Shown here: one piece after another, positions 1 to 11,961 of the stretch
How positions within the stretch are numbered: the first letter of the stretch is position 1
Layout: each line of letters opens with the position of its first letter
NCBI GenBank assembly: GCA_951406725.2
Contig: OX597815.1
Span: 49,476,001-49,540,000 of the forward strand
DNA: 64,000 nucleotides
Origin: Octopus vulgaris
Lineage: Eukaryota
Reading direction: 5' to 3'
Program-made: the position numbers and the translations under genes
Notes under the pieces: model-generated
Seen by the model: the letters and a program-made list of their open reading frames with translations, nothing else
What the model was told of the DNA's origin: nothing
Database searches by the model: none

Positions 1-346
1 AGATTTTGCTTCAGAACCATGTGGTTAGTGGTTTGGCTTCTGCAAGGATCCTGTCATCTGGTGTCTTCTGCTTCAGCTACAGGTTGACCAATACCTTGTG
101 AATGAAATTTGTATACAGAAACTATGAGGAAACCTGATTGTATAAAGATTTGAATAACACCTGTGATTAACTCCATTTATTTATTTATCTATGTCATACA
201 AAAACATTTCACTTAACCCTAGAATTTCTACCTTTATAAGTAGGCTGTTACATCCTTGGTACTTATGTGAATTTTTGCTACTCTGGTAACTGTTTATTTA
301 TTTATTATTTCTGTATTATTTGTACACATTGAAAAAGTACATGTAC

Positions 347-426
<80 letters not shown>

Positions 427-430
427 TCTC

Positions 431-837
431 TCTCTTTTACTCTTTTATTTGTTTCAGTCATTTGACTGTGGCCATGCTAGAGCACCGCCTTTAGTCAAGC
501 AAATCGACCCCAGGACTTATTCTTTGTAAGCCCAGTACTTATTCTATCAGTCTCTTTTGTCGAACCGCTAATTTGCAAGGACATAAACCCACCAGCATCG
601 GTTGTCAAGCAATGCTAGGGGGACAAGCACAGACACACAAACATACACACACACATATATATATACATATATACAACAGGCTTCTTTGAGTTTCTGTCTA
701 CCAAATCCACTCACAAGGCTTTGGTCAGCCCGAGGCTATAGTGGAAGACACTTGCCCAAGATTCTATGCAGTGGGACTGAACCCGGAGCCATATGGTTGG
801 TAAGCAAGCTACTTACCACACAGCCACTCCTGCGCCT
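431..837 (-). mobile_element. tRNA-derived SINE, family A (internal (TA/CA)n tract), full length
   Basis: Minus strand reads AGGCGCAGGAGTGGCTGTGTGGTAAG (A box) ... GGTTCAGTCCC (B box) ... CTTGGGCAAGTGTCTT (CORE-like) ... GACTGAAACAAATAAAAGAGTAAAAGAG tail; near-identical to copies at 25444 and 44465. Confidence 0.9.
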
Positions 838-1490
838 CCTGTCACTCATGTCCTTTTCACACAACACAACTACATGGGGAAAATGTGATTACCAGCTACT
901 AGGTCCTACTCCTAAGTAACAGCTAAGCTTAAGATACACACACTTGTGCAGTTTTAATTTAGATCACTTTAACCCTTATATATATGAAATTTAAAATAGG
1001 ATAAAGTGTTTATGAGAATTTATCAAGTAGTCAGCATGAAAAACCTCACAAGGGAAAAATTATAATTATTCCCTTTGAATATATTTATTTATATTAAGGG
1101 CATTGATACACATAAATACCTCATGCTATGAGGGATTAATAAGTGCATTTTGTGCACTAATTATGAAATTATTTATGTGGCTGAATCTGTTTTTAAGGAG
1201 CTCACTTCTAGAGATGCACTCCCCCGCATTCAGTACACTGTTTTTATTATGGTTGTTTTGATATAATTAGCCAAAATATTACTTCTGTTTTATGCTGTCA
1301 CAATAAAATATGAAAACTTATATTATTATAATATGGTGATTCTTACTTTAAAATGGATCCTATCAGACTACCTTGCTACTATTGCTACAATAATACAATG
1401 ATGACCACCAGTAAAACTTGAATTCATTGTGAGAGAAAGAAGGGATCTCATGATAAACAAGTTATTACTAATCACCACTATGATCTAGAT

Positions 1491-1807
1491 TGGTAATTCC
1501 TAAAATGGTCAGTGCTGTCCCCTTGGAGAACAGTGGAAAGATCTGGAGTGCGTGTGGGTGGGGTGTGGGTGGGGGCGATCAAGAAAAGAGCGGCAATGAT
1601 CAGGTAGCTGAAAGATCTCAATGAATGTAAAAAAGAACAAAAATAATTGGTTAATTAGGGTAAGTTTTATTTGTAAAACATAGCTGTTTTGAATTTGCTA
1701 AAGTAAGTGGTCTATGTTTGTGGTGGTAAGTGGTAGTGGTGGGAGCACTAGGAATGTGGTCTGGGTGTCAAGAGGACAGCAGTTTGCAAACGTTTGGGGT
1801 AAGACTG
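1491..1807. mobile_element. degenerate hAT (Charlie-like) MITE
   Basis: Flanked by identical 8-mers ATCTAGAT (1483-1490, 1808-1815); decayed termini tggtaattcctaaa / tttggggtaagactg. Confidence 0.55.
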
Positions 1808-1815
1808 ATCTAGAT

Positions 1816-1989
1816 CAGGGCTCCGCAACCATTTTCTACTTATATTCTTTTCAAAATTTGGTGGTATACCTGAACTAAAAATAAAACTAAAAGTATATTA
1901 AAAAAATTATATTCAGGTTACACTGTGGCACACCTAGCATTGTCTCCTGGCACACAAGCATGTTGCAGCATATAGGTTGTGGAGCACTG
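1816..1989. mobile_element. hAT (Charlie-like) MITE
   Basis: TIRs CAGGGCTCCGCAACC / GGTTGTGGAGCACTG; 8-bp TSD ATCTAGAT / ATATAGAT, matching the NTCTAGAN target of Charlie elements. Confidence 0.75.
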
Positions 1990-2411
1990 ATATAGATGTT
2001 AACGTTGGCAGCAAGTATGCTTCTCAAAATTCTATGACAGCTAAGATCCCAATCATAAGAAGACAATATAGCAGAAGACTATGCACCAAGATTTTGGTAA
2101 TTAAGGTGGAAAGAAAATTAAGAATTCATAATAGATCTTATGATTTAAATCAATAAAAAAAATCGTTTCAAGCATTTTTCTTATATAAGCATTTTAAATG
2201 TTATGTTAACATCTAAAATAATCAATCTTTACAATCTTTTATTGCGATTCCTCAAATATTGGATCTCATTGTTATCTGTGAGGGTTTTAATACAAATACT
2301 GTTTTAAAATATTAATGTTTGTAAATTTGTGTGTGTGTGCATGTGTGTATGTATATGTATGTATGAAAATGTATGTGCGTGTGTGTGTGTGTGTTGATAT
2401 GTATATCATAA

Positions 2412-2720
2412 AGGCACATAGCTTAGTGGCTAGGGTATTCAGCTTATTATAATAAGGTTGGGAATTTGTATCCTGGTAGCGCATTGCGTCCTTGAGCAAG
2501 AGACTTTATTTCACATAGCTCACATATTTCCAGTCCTCTCAGCTGGCAAAAATGAGTTGTACCTGAATTTCAAAGGGTCAGCCTTGTCACAACCTATGTC
2601 ACGCTGAACCCCCCTAAGAACTACATCAAGGGTACTTGTATCTGTGGAGTGCTCGGCCACTTGCACATCAATTTTATAAGCAGGCTGGCCCATTGAACAG
2701 CTCAACTGGAACCCTCACCA
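2412..2720 (+). mobile_element. tRNA-derived SINE, family B (tail type 1)
   Basis: TAGCTTAGTGGCTAG head, GTCCTTGAGCAAGAGACTTTATTTCAC core; homologous to 11249-11545 and 45008-45336. Confidence 0.8.
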
Positions 2721-2751
2721 GTTGCTATCTATATCTACACACACACACACA

Positions 2752-2805
<54 letters not shown>

Positions 2806-2806
<1 letters not shown>

Positions 2807-3100
2807 ACAAAATAGTACAAGGACACAAAACATCCAGAGAGTTAGGTAATACAAAAAAGGGACAACAAAACATTCAGATAGACGATACAAAGAAAAGAAG
2901 GACGGGTCATTCGGAGTTTTCTTTCCTCAGTCGAGTTCTAGATTATCTTTGCAATTTCAGCTGGTTATACTCAAGATTGCTCCAATCTGGCCAGCCCCAA
3001 GGAAAAACTAAGCAAAGAGCATTAGATTCCTTGGAAGAAAGCAGCAAATGTATACAAAAACAAGAACGGAAAAAATAGAGAATGTTACACAAATACAAAA
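2806..3100. mobile_element. (TA)n-embedded interspersed repeat
   Basis: Flanked by TA tracts; first ~160 bp homologous to 34308-34464 (AAAACATCCAGA..GATAGACGATACAAAGAAAA..GGTCATTCG). Confidence 0.7.
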
Positions 3101-3125
3101 ATATATATATTTTTACACACTACAC

Positions 3126-3385
3126 ACAAGAGTTACAGAATGGATAGCAAGTGGAAACTCAGAAGTGATAAAATCCAAGTGAAGTGTATATCGTTGGCTA
3201 CTCTTCAGACCAAAGTTATCTTGATTAGTTTAAAGGCTACATTGTCACAAAGAGGTACATGTTGACCCAAAGATTCAATCAGAATGGCAATATACACTTC
3301 ACTTGGATTTTACCACTTCTGAGTTTCCCCTCGCTATGAAACATATGTAGCCCAGATTTCCCCTACTCCATTATGAAACTCTTGT
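3126..3385. repeat. inverted duplication of a hammerhead-bearing (Penelope-like) terminus
   Basis: 3144-3193 is the reverse complement of 3288-3337, and 3126-3144 of 3367-3385; CUGAAGA on minus (3202-3208), GAAACAUAUGUA on plus (3338-3349). Confidence 0.75.
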
Positions 3386-3599
3386 ATTATTTTCTGCACA
3401 CTCAGCAACCCTGGTTGCTTATTGCATAATATAAAAAGAACTTTTTTACAGCTCATCCTTCTTTAATAAAAGAAAAAAATTCCACAATTTCCGCCTCAAT
3501 AAACCACTATTCTTCCTGAAAGTTGTTTTTTTTCACTACGGTCTATACTTGAAGCTAACTTTCTTCCTACACCTCAATTCCTAGTTCTTACATTTATAT

Positions 3600-3633
<34 letters not shown>

Positions 3634-3637
<4 letters not shown>

Positions 3638-3892
3638 TACTTGAAGTGTACAGTATTATATATCCATTACGGCTGGTCTTACCAATTGGTTTCATGCTAG
3701 GGATTCAACGGATTGTTAGGTAACAATCCTGTTATGGAACTCTCTGCTCATTTCATTCCATAACAGCTACTTCTAATGAGCACAGGGTAATATAATTGGA
3801 TTGCCATCTAACACTCCGTTAAATCCCTAGAGTGAAACTGATTGGTAAGGTCAGCCATAATGGATATATAACACTGTACATTTTGAATAATA
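3634..3892. repeat. ~95-bp inverted repeat containing a hammerhead motif
   Basis: 3634-3729 vs 3798-3892 are imperfect reverse complements; inner hairpin CTGTTATGGAA / TTCCATAACAG. Confidence 0.8.
3768..3852 (+). ncRNA. type I hammerhead ribozyme motif (degenerate, G5A)
   Basis: ACUU-CUAAUGA-gcacAGGG...CCCUagagu-GAAA-CUGAUUGG-UA-AGGU. Confidence 0.65.
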
Positions 3893-4198
3893 TACTTTAT
3901 TGACAGATATACAAGTGCATTTTTACCTGACTTATGGACTTTTACACGACTTACACACACACACACACACACACATGCTATAAGTTAAGACATAATACGC
4001 ACAAAAGAATTTTTAATTGACTGAAATTTTACAGTTTTTTTTGGAGAAAGGGGAGAAAAGCATCTAATATTTAATTCTTAATTATATATAATTTCTTTAA
4101 TTAAAAGATATTTAAATTTATTTCATTATAATGAATAAACTGAATTTTTGTATCTATGGTTGTTGTTGTTTGTACTAGATGTATCTCTGGTTGTTTAA

Positions 4199-4389
4199 CC
4201 CTTTAGCACTTAAACCAATCAAATATTCTGTCTGTTTTATATTCAAAGTGGTCAGATCTAACCTCTAATACCTACCTTGCAAAGTCATTCCAAAAATAAA
4301 CAATTACATCAAAAAAAAATCTTGAAGTAACAAGATAATGCATGATTAATTCAAAACAACATGAATACATTAGACAGAATGCTAAAAGG
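4199..4389. mobile_element. piggyBac-type MITE
   Basis: TTAA|CCCTTTAGCA ... TGCTAAAAGG|TAA; homologous to 24700, 27601, 32734. Confidence 0.75.
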
Positions 4390-4496
4390 TAAAAATAATA
4401 TCATTTTGTGTTTTTTTAAATATATATAACTGTTGTTTAAATAGCAGGAAAAAAAAAGTGATTTTAGTTGTTAGATATATTTATGCTGTTTTGAGT

Positions 4497-4895
4497 ATTT
4501 TATTTGCTTCACTCATTTGACTGCAGCCATGCTGGAACACCACCTTAAAGGGTTTTAATTTTAGTAGAAGATATCAACTCCATGACTTATTCTTTGTAAG
4601 CCTAAAATTTCTTCTATCAATCTCTTTTGCTGAACTGATAAGTTATGGAGACATAAACACACCAACATTGGTTGTCAAGTGATAGTGGGGGAACAAACAC
4701 GGACACAAAGACACACTCATAAATATATACATATATATATGATGGGCTTCTTTCAGTTTCTGTCTACCAAATCCACTCACAAGACTTTGGTTGGCCTGAG
4801 GCTATAGTAGAAGGCACTTACCCAAGGTGCCACACAGTGGGACTGAACCCAGAACTATGTGGTTGGGAAGCAAGCTTCTTACCACATAGTGCCTA
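4497..4895 (-). mobile_element. SINE family A
   Basis: Same head, core and tail as 431-837. Confidence 0.85.
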
Positions 4896-7382
4896 TGTAG
4901 ATATGTGCTTATATAGATATGTTTAATAAATACTTTTTACATACCTTTATATTAATACTGTTGGTAATACTCATGAAAAAAGAAAGATAATTTCAAGAAA
5001 TTACATAAAAATTTTACAAAATAAGTTTAAATTCTTAGGAAAAAATTTCAATTTTCATTTGCAAGTAAGGTGACAGCTTTGAACATATTTAAGTCTTATT
5101 GTACCTCATCAGTGAATCATTGTTTGCCCAATGGCTGCTTCTAAACCCACAAAGATTTTGCAGAAAAGAATGAACAAAGATTGTGGCCGATATTAATTTT
5201 CATCATTAAAAATATAATTATGGGGAAATAACTCAAAGGGGCCTTTAGATACATTAGTTAAAGGGTAATATAGTGAATGACTTATGCAGATACACACACA
5301 CACGCACAAATGTATGTCATTTGTTCTTGCATACGTTTCACTCTTTTTGTTGTTTGGAACCTCTGTATTGGATGTTCCAAGAGTAACAAGATGCTTAACT
5401 ACAATGGATCATCAGGGAACACTTAAATGCATTCATTTACAAAGAAAAATCCGCAACCTTCCACCTCAATATTTACAAGAAAGACAGACAGTCAGACGGA
5501 CAGACAGGTAGGCAGAAAGACAGACAGATAAACTTTTAAGAGGTGATGAACTGACTGGTGTGATAATTTTTATAATGAATATATAACATAGCCTGCTTGA
5601 AGTTGATTTTGTGTATTTATCATTCTATAATGATTATAAAAGTAGCTTTGTAACAGAATCAGTGGAGCATCAGAAAAAATAACTTGTGATATTTAGTTAC
5701 ATCATTTTACATTATGAATTCAAATCCTTCTCATGTCTGCTACCTTTTACTTTCCTGAAGCTAATAAAATAAAAACTGGGGCTGAGGTGGTCAGCTAAGC
5801 CATAGAAAGTGGTACCTCAACAAAGCTACAATCAATACCCAGACTAGAAAAAGAAAAAAGCTTGATGAACAAAGGGAATATCATCTTTTTAATTCCTTTA
5901 TATTTTAGCCAACATTTCAGTTCATCCAATCTTTGTATCTTATTCCAACATGTATCTTATTCCAGCAGACATGTATTGGATTGTCAGATGAATTCCTTCC
6001 ATTGTTATTTTAATTAATACAAAAATACTTTTATCATAATTTTTTTTTATTTTTTTGTGACTGATTTTTCTCTACAACTTGTGTGAACCATTTTTGAAAT
6101 TTGAATAAATTTTACCTTATGAGACATGTGATAATGGAATGCCAAGTATAAAAAAAAAAGAAGCAAAACAAATTTATCCAAGAATCTAATATATATTTCC
6201 TTCAGCTGGAATTGAACCTAAATTATTTTTTATAATACTGCACTTTAATCACCATTCATGTGAGGTGATGAAAGACTAAACACTAATAATAATCTTATGC
6301 TCATCCTTTAAATTATATTCATTTTAGAAGTGCAGGAATTCTAGGAAAGAAAGGAAAAAATTCATCTTTTTCTTTTTAATTACCAAAAATATATTTAAAT
6401 ATGCAATGTAAAGAATTCTGTGAAGTTTAAAAACATACTCAGGGATTTTTAATTCTGGTAGACTTAATAAATTAGAAATTATTTTTGCTAATACTCAGCA
6501 TAACAGAAAAAGCAAAGCTGAAGAAATTTTCAGGGTTAAAGCAATTCTGTGGTTGAATATCAGGGTATATTTAGTTACCCAGCCTTTCCTCTTTTGATTT
6601 ATTTTTATACCCACTAAAGAAATCAAAAACACTTCTGTCATATTGATACCCTTAATACAAAATTTCCCTTTGAAGCCAAGAATTAGAAGAAATGGCAAGT
6701 TATAACGCAATGTTTGTCAACCCACAATGTTAGAAATAGCTTTTATGTTGTATATTTATTTATTTATACATTTATTTATTTTATATCTCTGTATCAAAGT
6801 GGTAAACACTTTATGTAACAAAGCAATGAACTCCAGAATGCTGGACTCTTTGATAGATACTGGTGGATACAGCAGAGTAGGTGTGTTGAAAATTGAGTCC
6901 ACGAGACTCACTATGCTTCTATGATCAAAGAAGCTAGCCAGCCGTGATGGCATCGATTAAGCTAATCACTATGACAAACACTAAAAAGAGACAGCAGGAA
7001 GCACATGCACAGAATGTCTACTTCCATTTGTAGGCTTACGCATTTTGGGGGAAGAGAACAAGGAAATTCACTACACATAGAGGAATGTAATGATTGCAAA
7101 CCTGCATATGCACATGCATTTGCTTTTAGGAATATAGTGCTATGTGTTCGAAAATATATCAATGCGTGTACAAATATTTGCAGGTATATATGTAAGCAAG
7201 CTGATTTGCACGCATATAAATATATAAATATGTACTGAAATGGGGAGAAAAGACGGAGAGAAATTCTATACTTCTGACAAGGATATTTCTAGTTAATTGC
7301 TAGAGCATGCAAGTTGATCTTAAGGTCACCAGCTTAATACAGCTGTTATGTCAAAAGTTATTTCTCATTCCTTTGTCAACAG

Positions 7383-7415
7383 AATAGCCAATATCAAGGC
7401 TGGAGTTGTGAGGAG
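7383..7415 (+). CDS. candidate 33-nt frame-preserving microexon (phase 2-2: xIANIKAGVVRx), host gene unknown
   Basis: Acceptor TTTCTCATTCCTTTGTCAACAG, donor GAG|GTTTGT, open frame, TGCATG motif at 7420-7425; unique non-repeat context. Confidence 0.4.
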
Positions 7416-8589
7416 GTTTGTGCATGTCAAACTCAGTCCACAAGCAGGTGTCTAAGGCCTTTTGATGACTTACAAGCAGCCATAGAATGGCAGTGGGGGA
7501 TGATATACATTAACCACATGTGGTGAATGTATAAAGGGCTAAATTCCCTGAGAATTTCTATGCAAAAGAATCAGTAGTACATATCTGTAATTATTGAAAC
7601 CTACACTCATATGTAGAAATCAAGGCCTTCCAAGAGATTCGGAAATGCTGTCTATACAATACTTGCAAGAAATCTAAATCTAGGTTTAGTTGAGCCAAAA
7701 GCTTTAAAGACTTTCTGAAAACAGCAGGGAAATGTTCTTTTTTGCAGGATTCTATTTCCAGAAACTGTAACAAACATACATGCTTTTTTTTTTGTGTGGT
7801 AATTCACTTTTATTATGTTCCTTTAAGGGAAATCAGAGATTATAAACCCACAAACCAAACCAATGGAAAAAAAAAACAAACAGAAAAGAAAAACAAAAAC
7901 ATGTAAGTAAAATGTATTTTCTCAAACCAGTGAGAGAAATTCTATGTGGTAGCTCAACCTGCTAGAAGTAGCTGCTAAAGCTCTACAAATCACACCTTAC
8001 CTCTTCAAAAAAGATGTTAAATATAGACAGACATTCCATGATAGACAAACTGTATGGCTTGAAATAAAAGGTTGGGTGGTCATGTGGTCATGCCTTGAGC
8101 ATTTTCAATCAAAGATGTTCTTGGTCTGTAGAAACAGAATTCTCCTGCATCTAATCAACAATAATTCATTGTTTCAAGTGTTCTAACTATTTAATAAAAT
8201 ATATTTGTTCCGGCTTTATAATTTATAGTAAAGATTTTGTTAAACCCCATAAAACCTAATTTGCAATTATTAAGGTCTTATCCCTATTATTCTAATTAAT
8301 CTATAATATTTTGCTTGTCAAAACATGTTTTTTCATAATACACTTTTAACAACATTGGGTGAAGTCTCTTTATGATGTGTCAAGATTTATACTAGGGCCT
8401 TTACAAGTTTTCCCCTTTGAATTACCCAAGGTAATCCAAACACCATTATTGATCTGTTCTTGTTGACATTTATTGTTATTTATGGTTTATGTTGACTTCT
8501 GTCTTCTTTTTATTTGATGTAAGCCCCTTTGTTTTGTTCTTTACTGTTATCAACATCATGGACCCTTGTAGTCACAAAGACCTCCTCCT

Positions 8590-8672
8590 TCTCATTCTTC
8601 TTCTTCTTCTTCTTCTTCTTTGTCTTCTTCTTCTTCTTTGTCTTATTATTATTATTATTATTATTCTTCTTC

Positions 8673-8708
<36 letters not shown>

Positions 8709-8717
8709 TTCTTCTTC

Positions 8718-8756
<39 letters not shown>

Positions 8757-8759
8757 TTC

Positions 8760-8808
<49 letters not shown>

Positions 8809-8817
8809 CATTATTAA
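8590..8817. repeat. compound (CTT)n/(ATT)n microsatellite
   Basis: Directly visible; source of the poly-I/L/N/Y ORFs. Confidence 0.95.
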
Positions 8818-9270
8818 GGTGAGTTAGCAGAATCGGTAGCCTGCTGGACAAAATGCTTTGAAGCATTTCTTCTGACTTTGTGTTTTGAGTTCAAATTCTG
8901 CTGAAATCAACTTTGCCTTTTAATTTTTTGTGGTGGATAAAACTGAGTTCTGGAGCTTATGTAATTGACTTAATCTCTCCCTCAAAATTTCAGGCCTTCT
9001 GCCTATAATAGAAAGGTTTATTATTATTATCATTAATAATATTATCATTATTAGGATGAGCTGGCAGAATTATTATCATGCTGAACAAAATGCCTACCAG
9101 CATTTCATCCATTTTTTTTTTCTGAGTTCAAATTCCACCTCTGTCGACTTTGCCATTCATCCTTTTGGGATCAATAAAATAAAGTACCAGTCAATTACAA
9201 GGTATTAATGGAACTGATTAACCCGCTCCCAATAGAATTACTGACCTTGTGTCAACATTTGAAAAGATTA
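8818..9270 (+). mobile_element. two head-to-tail SINE family C copies separated by (ATT)n
   Basis: GAGCTGGCAGAATC head, GAGTTCAAATTC B box, GACTTTGCC(A/T)TTCATCCTTTTGGGATCAATAAAATAAAGTACCAG central domain (Meta/MESC-like, from recall). Confidence 0.75.
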
Positions 9271-9285
9271 TTAGTAGTATTATTA

Positions 9286-9906
9286 TTACCTCTGCCAAGG
9301 AAGGAGGTTATGTTTTCATCAGTGTTGGTTAGTCCGTCTCTCCGTCTGTGTGCAAAATAACTCAAAAAGTTGTGAACGATATTTGATGAAAGTTGGTAAT
9401 GACACAAGGAACAGAAGATGAAATTTTGGCAGTGATCTGAGAATTTTTATGGATTCTTGAAGGATTTTTCATTTGTTATATTTACTTTACATGAAGTATT
9501 ACATTACATTCTTTGATTATCTCCCTTGAAAACACGTTCATCGTTTCAACGTGACCTATGGTGGCGTTGCTGTTTCTAAAATTTACTTTTGTTTCTCTAT
9601 TAGTAATTTTACTCATGTTGTGTGTGTATCACTCAAGTTTTAGGTAATTGTTGTTTCTTTTTAGTTGTATGGTGAAACTAGCTTACTGTTGTCATTGATG
9701 TATTATAACTGCTTCAGATGATTCCTATTTTTAAAGGGTTTTTTTTAAAAAATCATATGGCTGTATTATTTTTTAAAAATCACGCTTAGGAGGTTATGTT
9801 TTTGCTGGCATTGGTTTGGGAAATTGGGCAACTTTCAGCATGCATGTATATGGGTGGAAATGTGCTACTTGGTGGAGGTCTGTGCTCTCCGAGTGCTTTT
9901 GTAGTT
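9286..9906 (+). mobile_element. Helentron-associated non-autonomous element (HINE/DINE-1-like)
   Basis: 5' ACCTCTGCCAAG and 3' subterminal CTTGGTGGAGGT inverted repeats, 3' hairpin GTGCTC-TCC-GAGTGC followed by T-rich GTAGTT end; internal GTCC/GTCT microsatellite-like tract. Confidence 0.75.
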
Positions 9907-10355
9907 ACTATTTAGGATGGTGGATTAGCATAACCATTAAAGCATCGGACAAGCTGCCTTGTACAATTTGGTTTAACATCTGTTTTCCATGCTGAAATAG
10001 GTCAGACATTTAAAGATCAAGTTCTGTTGGGATCAACTTTGCCTTTTGTCCTTCCAGGTTAAATTAAATAAGGTGTCAGTCAAGTGCTGTGTTGATTTAA
10101 TCAACTAATCTTCTCCCTCAAATTCCAGGCCTTATACTTAGACAGGGAAGCTGGCAATGGTTGTGATCTTGTCATGCTCTCATAGATTGAGGAGGCTAAT
10201 ACTGCTGATGCCCAATTTTAGAGCCTATAGGAAGTAGGATAAGCTCATACATAGAGCAGGATACTACAGTGTCAAGGAGCAACCCTTGGATAAGCGATGT
10301 CTCTACTTCAGAAAGAAAACGCACATCTTCCTTCCATTGTATTATTTCACAAACC

Positions 10356-10690
10356 TTGTGCCGGTGGTATGTGAAAAACAACATTCGAGCGAGGGCATTG
10401 CCAGTGCTGCTGGACTGGCTCCTGTGCAGGTAACACATAAAAACACCATTTATGTGTAGCTGTTGCCAGTACTGCCTGACTGGCCTTCATGCCGGTGGCA
10501 CGTAAAAGCACCCACTACATTCTTGGAGTGGTTGGCATTAGGAAAAGCATCCAGCTGTAGAAACTCTGCCAGATCAGACTGGAGCCTGGTGCAGCCATTT
10601 GGCTCACCAGTCCCCAGTCAAACCGTCCAACCCATGCCAGCATTGAAAGCAGACGTTAAACGATGATGATGTTGATGATGATGAGGATGA
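10356..10690 (+). mobile_element. retroposon family D with (GAT)n tail
   Basis: GTGGTTGGCATTAGGAAAAGCATCCAGCTGTAG...CCGTCCAACCCATGCCAGCAT..GACGTTAAACGATGATGAT; copies at 20213, 26425, 31075, 49397, 51376. Confidence 0.75.
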
Positions 10691-11248
10691 GTGAACATGT
10701 AACTTGTAAGGTGTTTTCTTGGTTTTTCTCCCTTATGAAAACTGTCTATTCTCTTTTTTAAACAAATCGATCATTTCACCTTTGAAGGGATGTGTGATAA
10801 TGCCTATTATTATGGTTGTCAAATAAGTTTCATATCAAACACTGTGTCGGCTTTTTAGTCCTGTATGTCACATCAAAGTTTGAATCAGTCAAATATCTAA
10901 ATATTGCCCGATTTACATCTGACTGAAGACTTTACATTAATTCAGCTCAAAGTATCCAGAACCTAAATCCCTGTATACATATCATCCTAGAAAACTATAT
11001 ACAATTTAGATTTATTAGTTACATTTAATAATTAATCTTGTTTCATCTCAAAGGAGACAAATAAAAGGGTTGATATAATTGGATTAGAGAATAAAATAGA
11101 AACTTATTCCAGGAGCATTTTAAGATCAAAATATCCAGAATTTTCTTGGAAAGTCTCTTCATTGTATAAATTACAAAATATATAAGCAATATATATTATC
11201 ATATTATATAATAATATGTCAGTTATGTCAATGAATATTTCAGTTGAT

Positions 11249-11545
11249 TTGATCAACAGACAAGCCTGCTTGTAAAATTCATGTGCAAGTGGCTGAACAC
11301 TTCACAGACATAGACACACACACACACACTTAACATAGTTCTCAAGGAGATTCAGCATGAAACAGAATGTGACAAAGTTGGCCCTTTGAATTACAGGTAT
11401 AACTCATTTTATTTGCCAGCTGAGAGGACTGGTGCAATGAGGAATAAAGTGTCTTGCAGAAGGACACAATGCTCTACCAGGAATCGAACTCATGACTTTA
11501 CAGTCATGAGCCAAATCCCCTAACCACTAATCCATGTGCCTTCAC
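11249..11545 (-). mobile_element. SINE family B (tail type 1)
   Basis: Reverse complement matches 2412-2720. Confidence 0.8.
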
Positions 11546-11714
11546 ATAATAGTATAATAATAATATGATTTAAGAATTTTCATTTTATCTATTTATACTT
11601 TCTCCAAATATGTATATATTTATATATTTGTTTATATTCTTTCTCTCTTCACACTCACACACACACACACACACACACATACATATGTATATATTCTCTA
11701 TGTATGTATGTGTA

Positions 11715-11761
<47 letters not shown>

Positions 11762-11961
11762 ATATATATATATATATATATACACTAGGAGGATATTAAA
11801 ACCTCTTATAGGGATATTCATCCAAGATACACTGGTCTAATATGTTATATTTTAAAGAGATATTTTGTTCAATAAATATATTGTAAAACATCAAATATGA
11901 TTAACAAGTTTGAAAATGGAGAGATTCAATGGATATAAATTAATTTATCAATTAACTAATA

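Noticed and set aside
5068-5118. Minus-strand CUGAUGA with a short hairpin
   Set aside because: No GAAA and no stem I partner; too decayed to call a hammerhead
6912-6953. Minus-strand MPSRLASFFDHRSI followed by a GTGAGT donor
   Set aside because: Single short match without supporting exons; chance occurrence cannot be excluded
8489-8866. Overlapping poly-I/L/N/Y ORFs (also near 29900-30300 and 43000-43500)
   Set aside because: ATT/CTT/TA microsatellite translations
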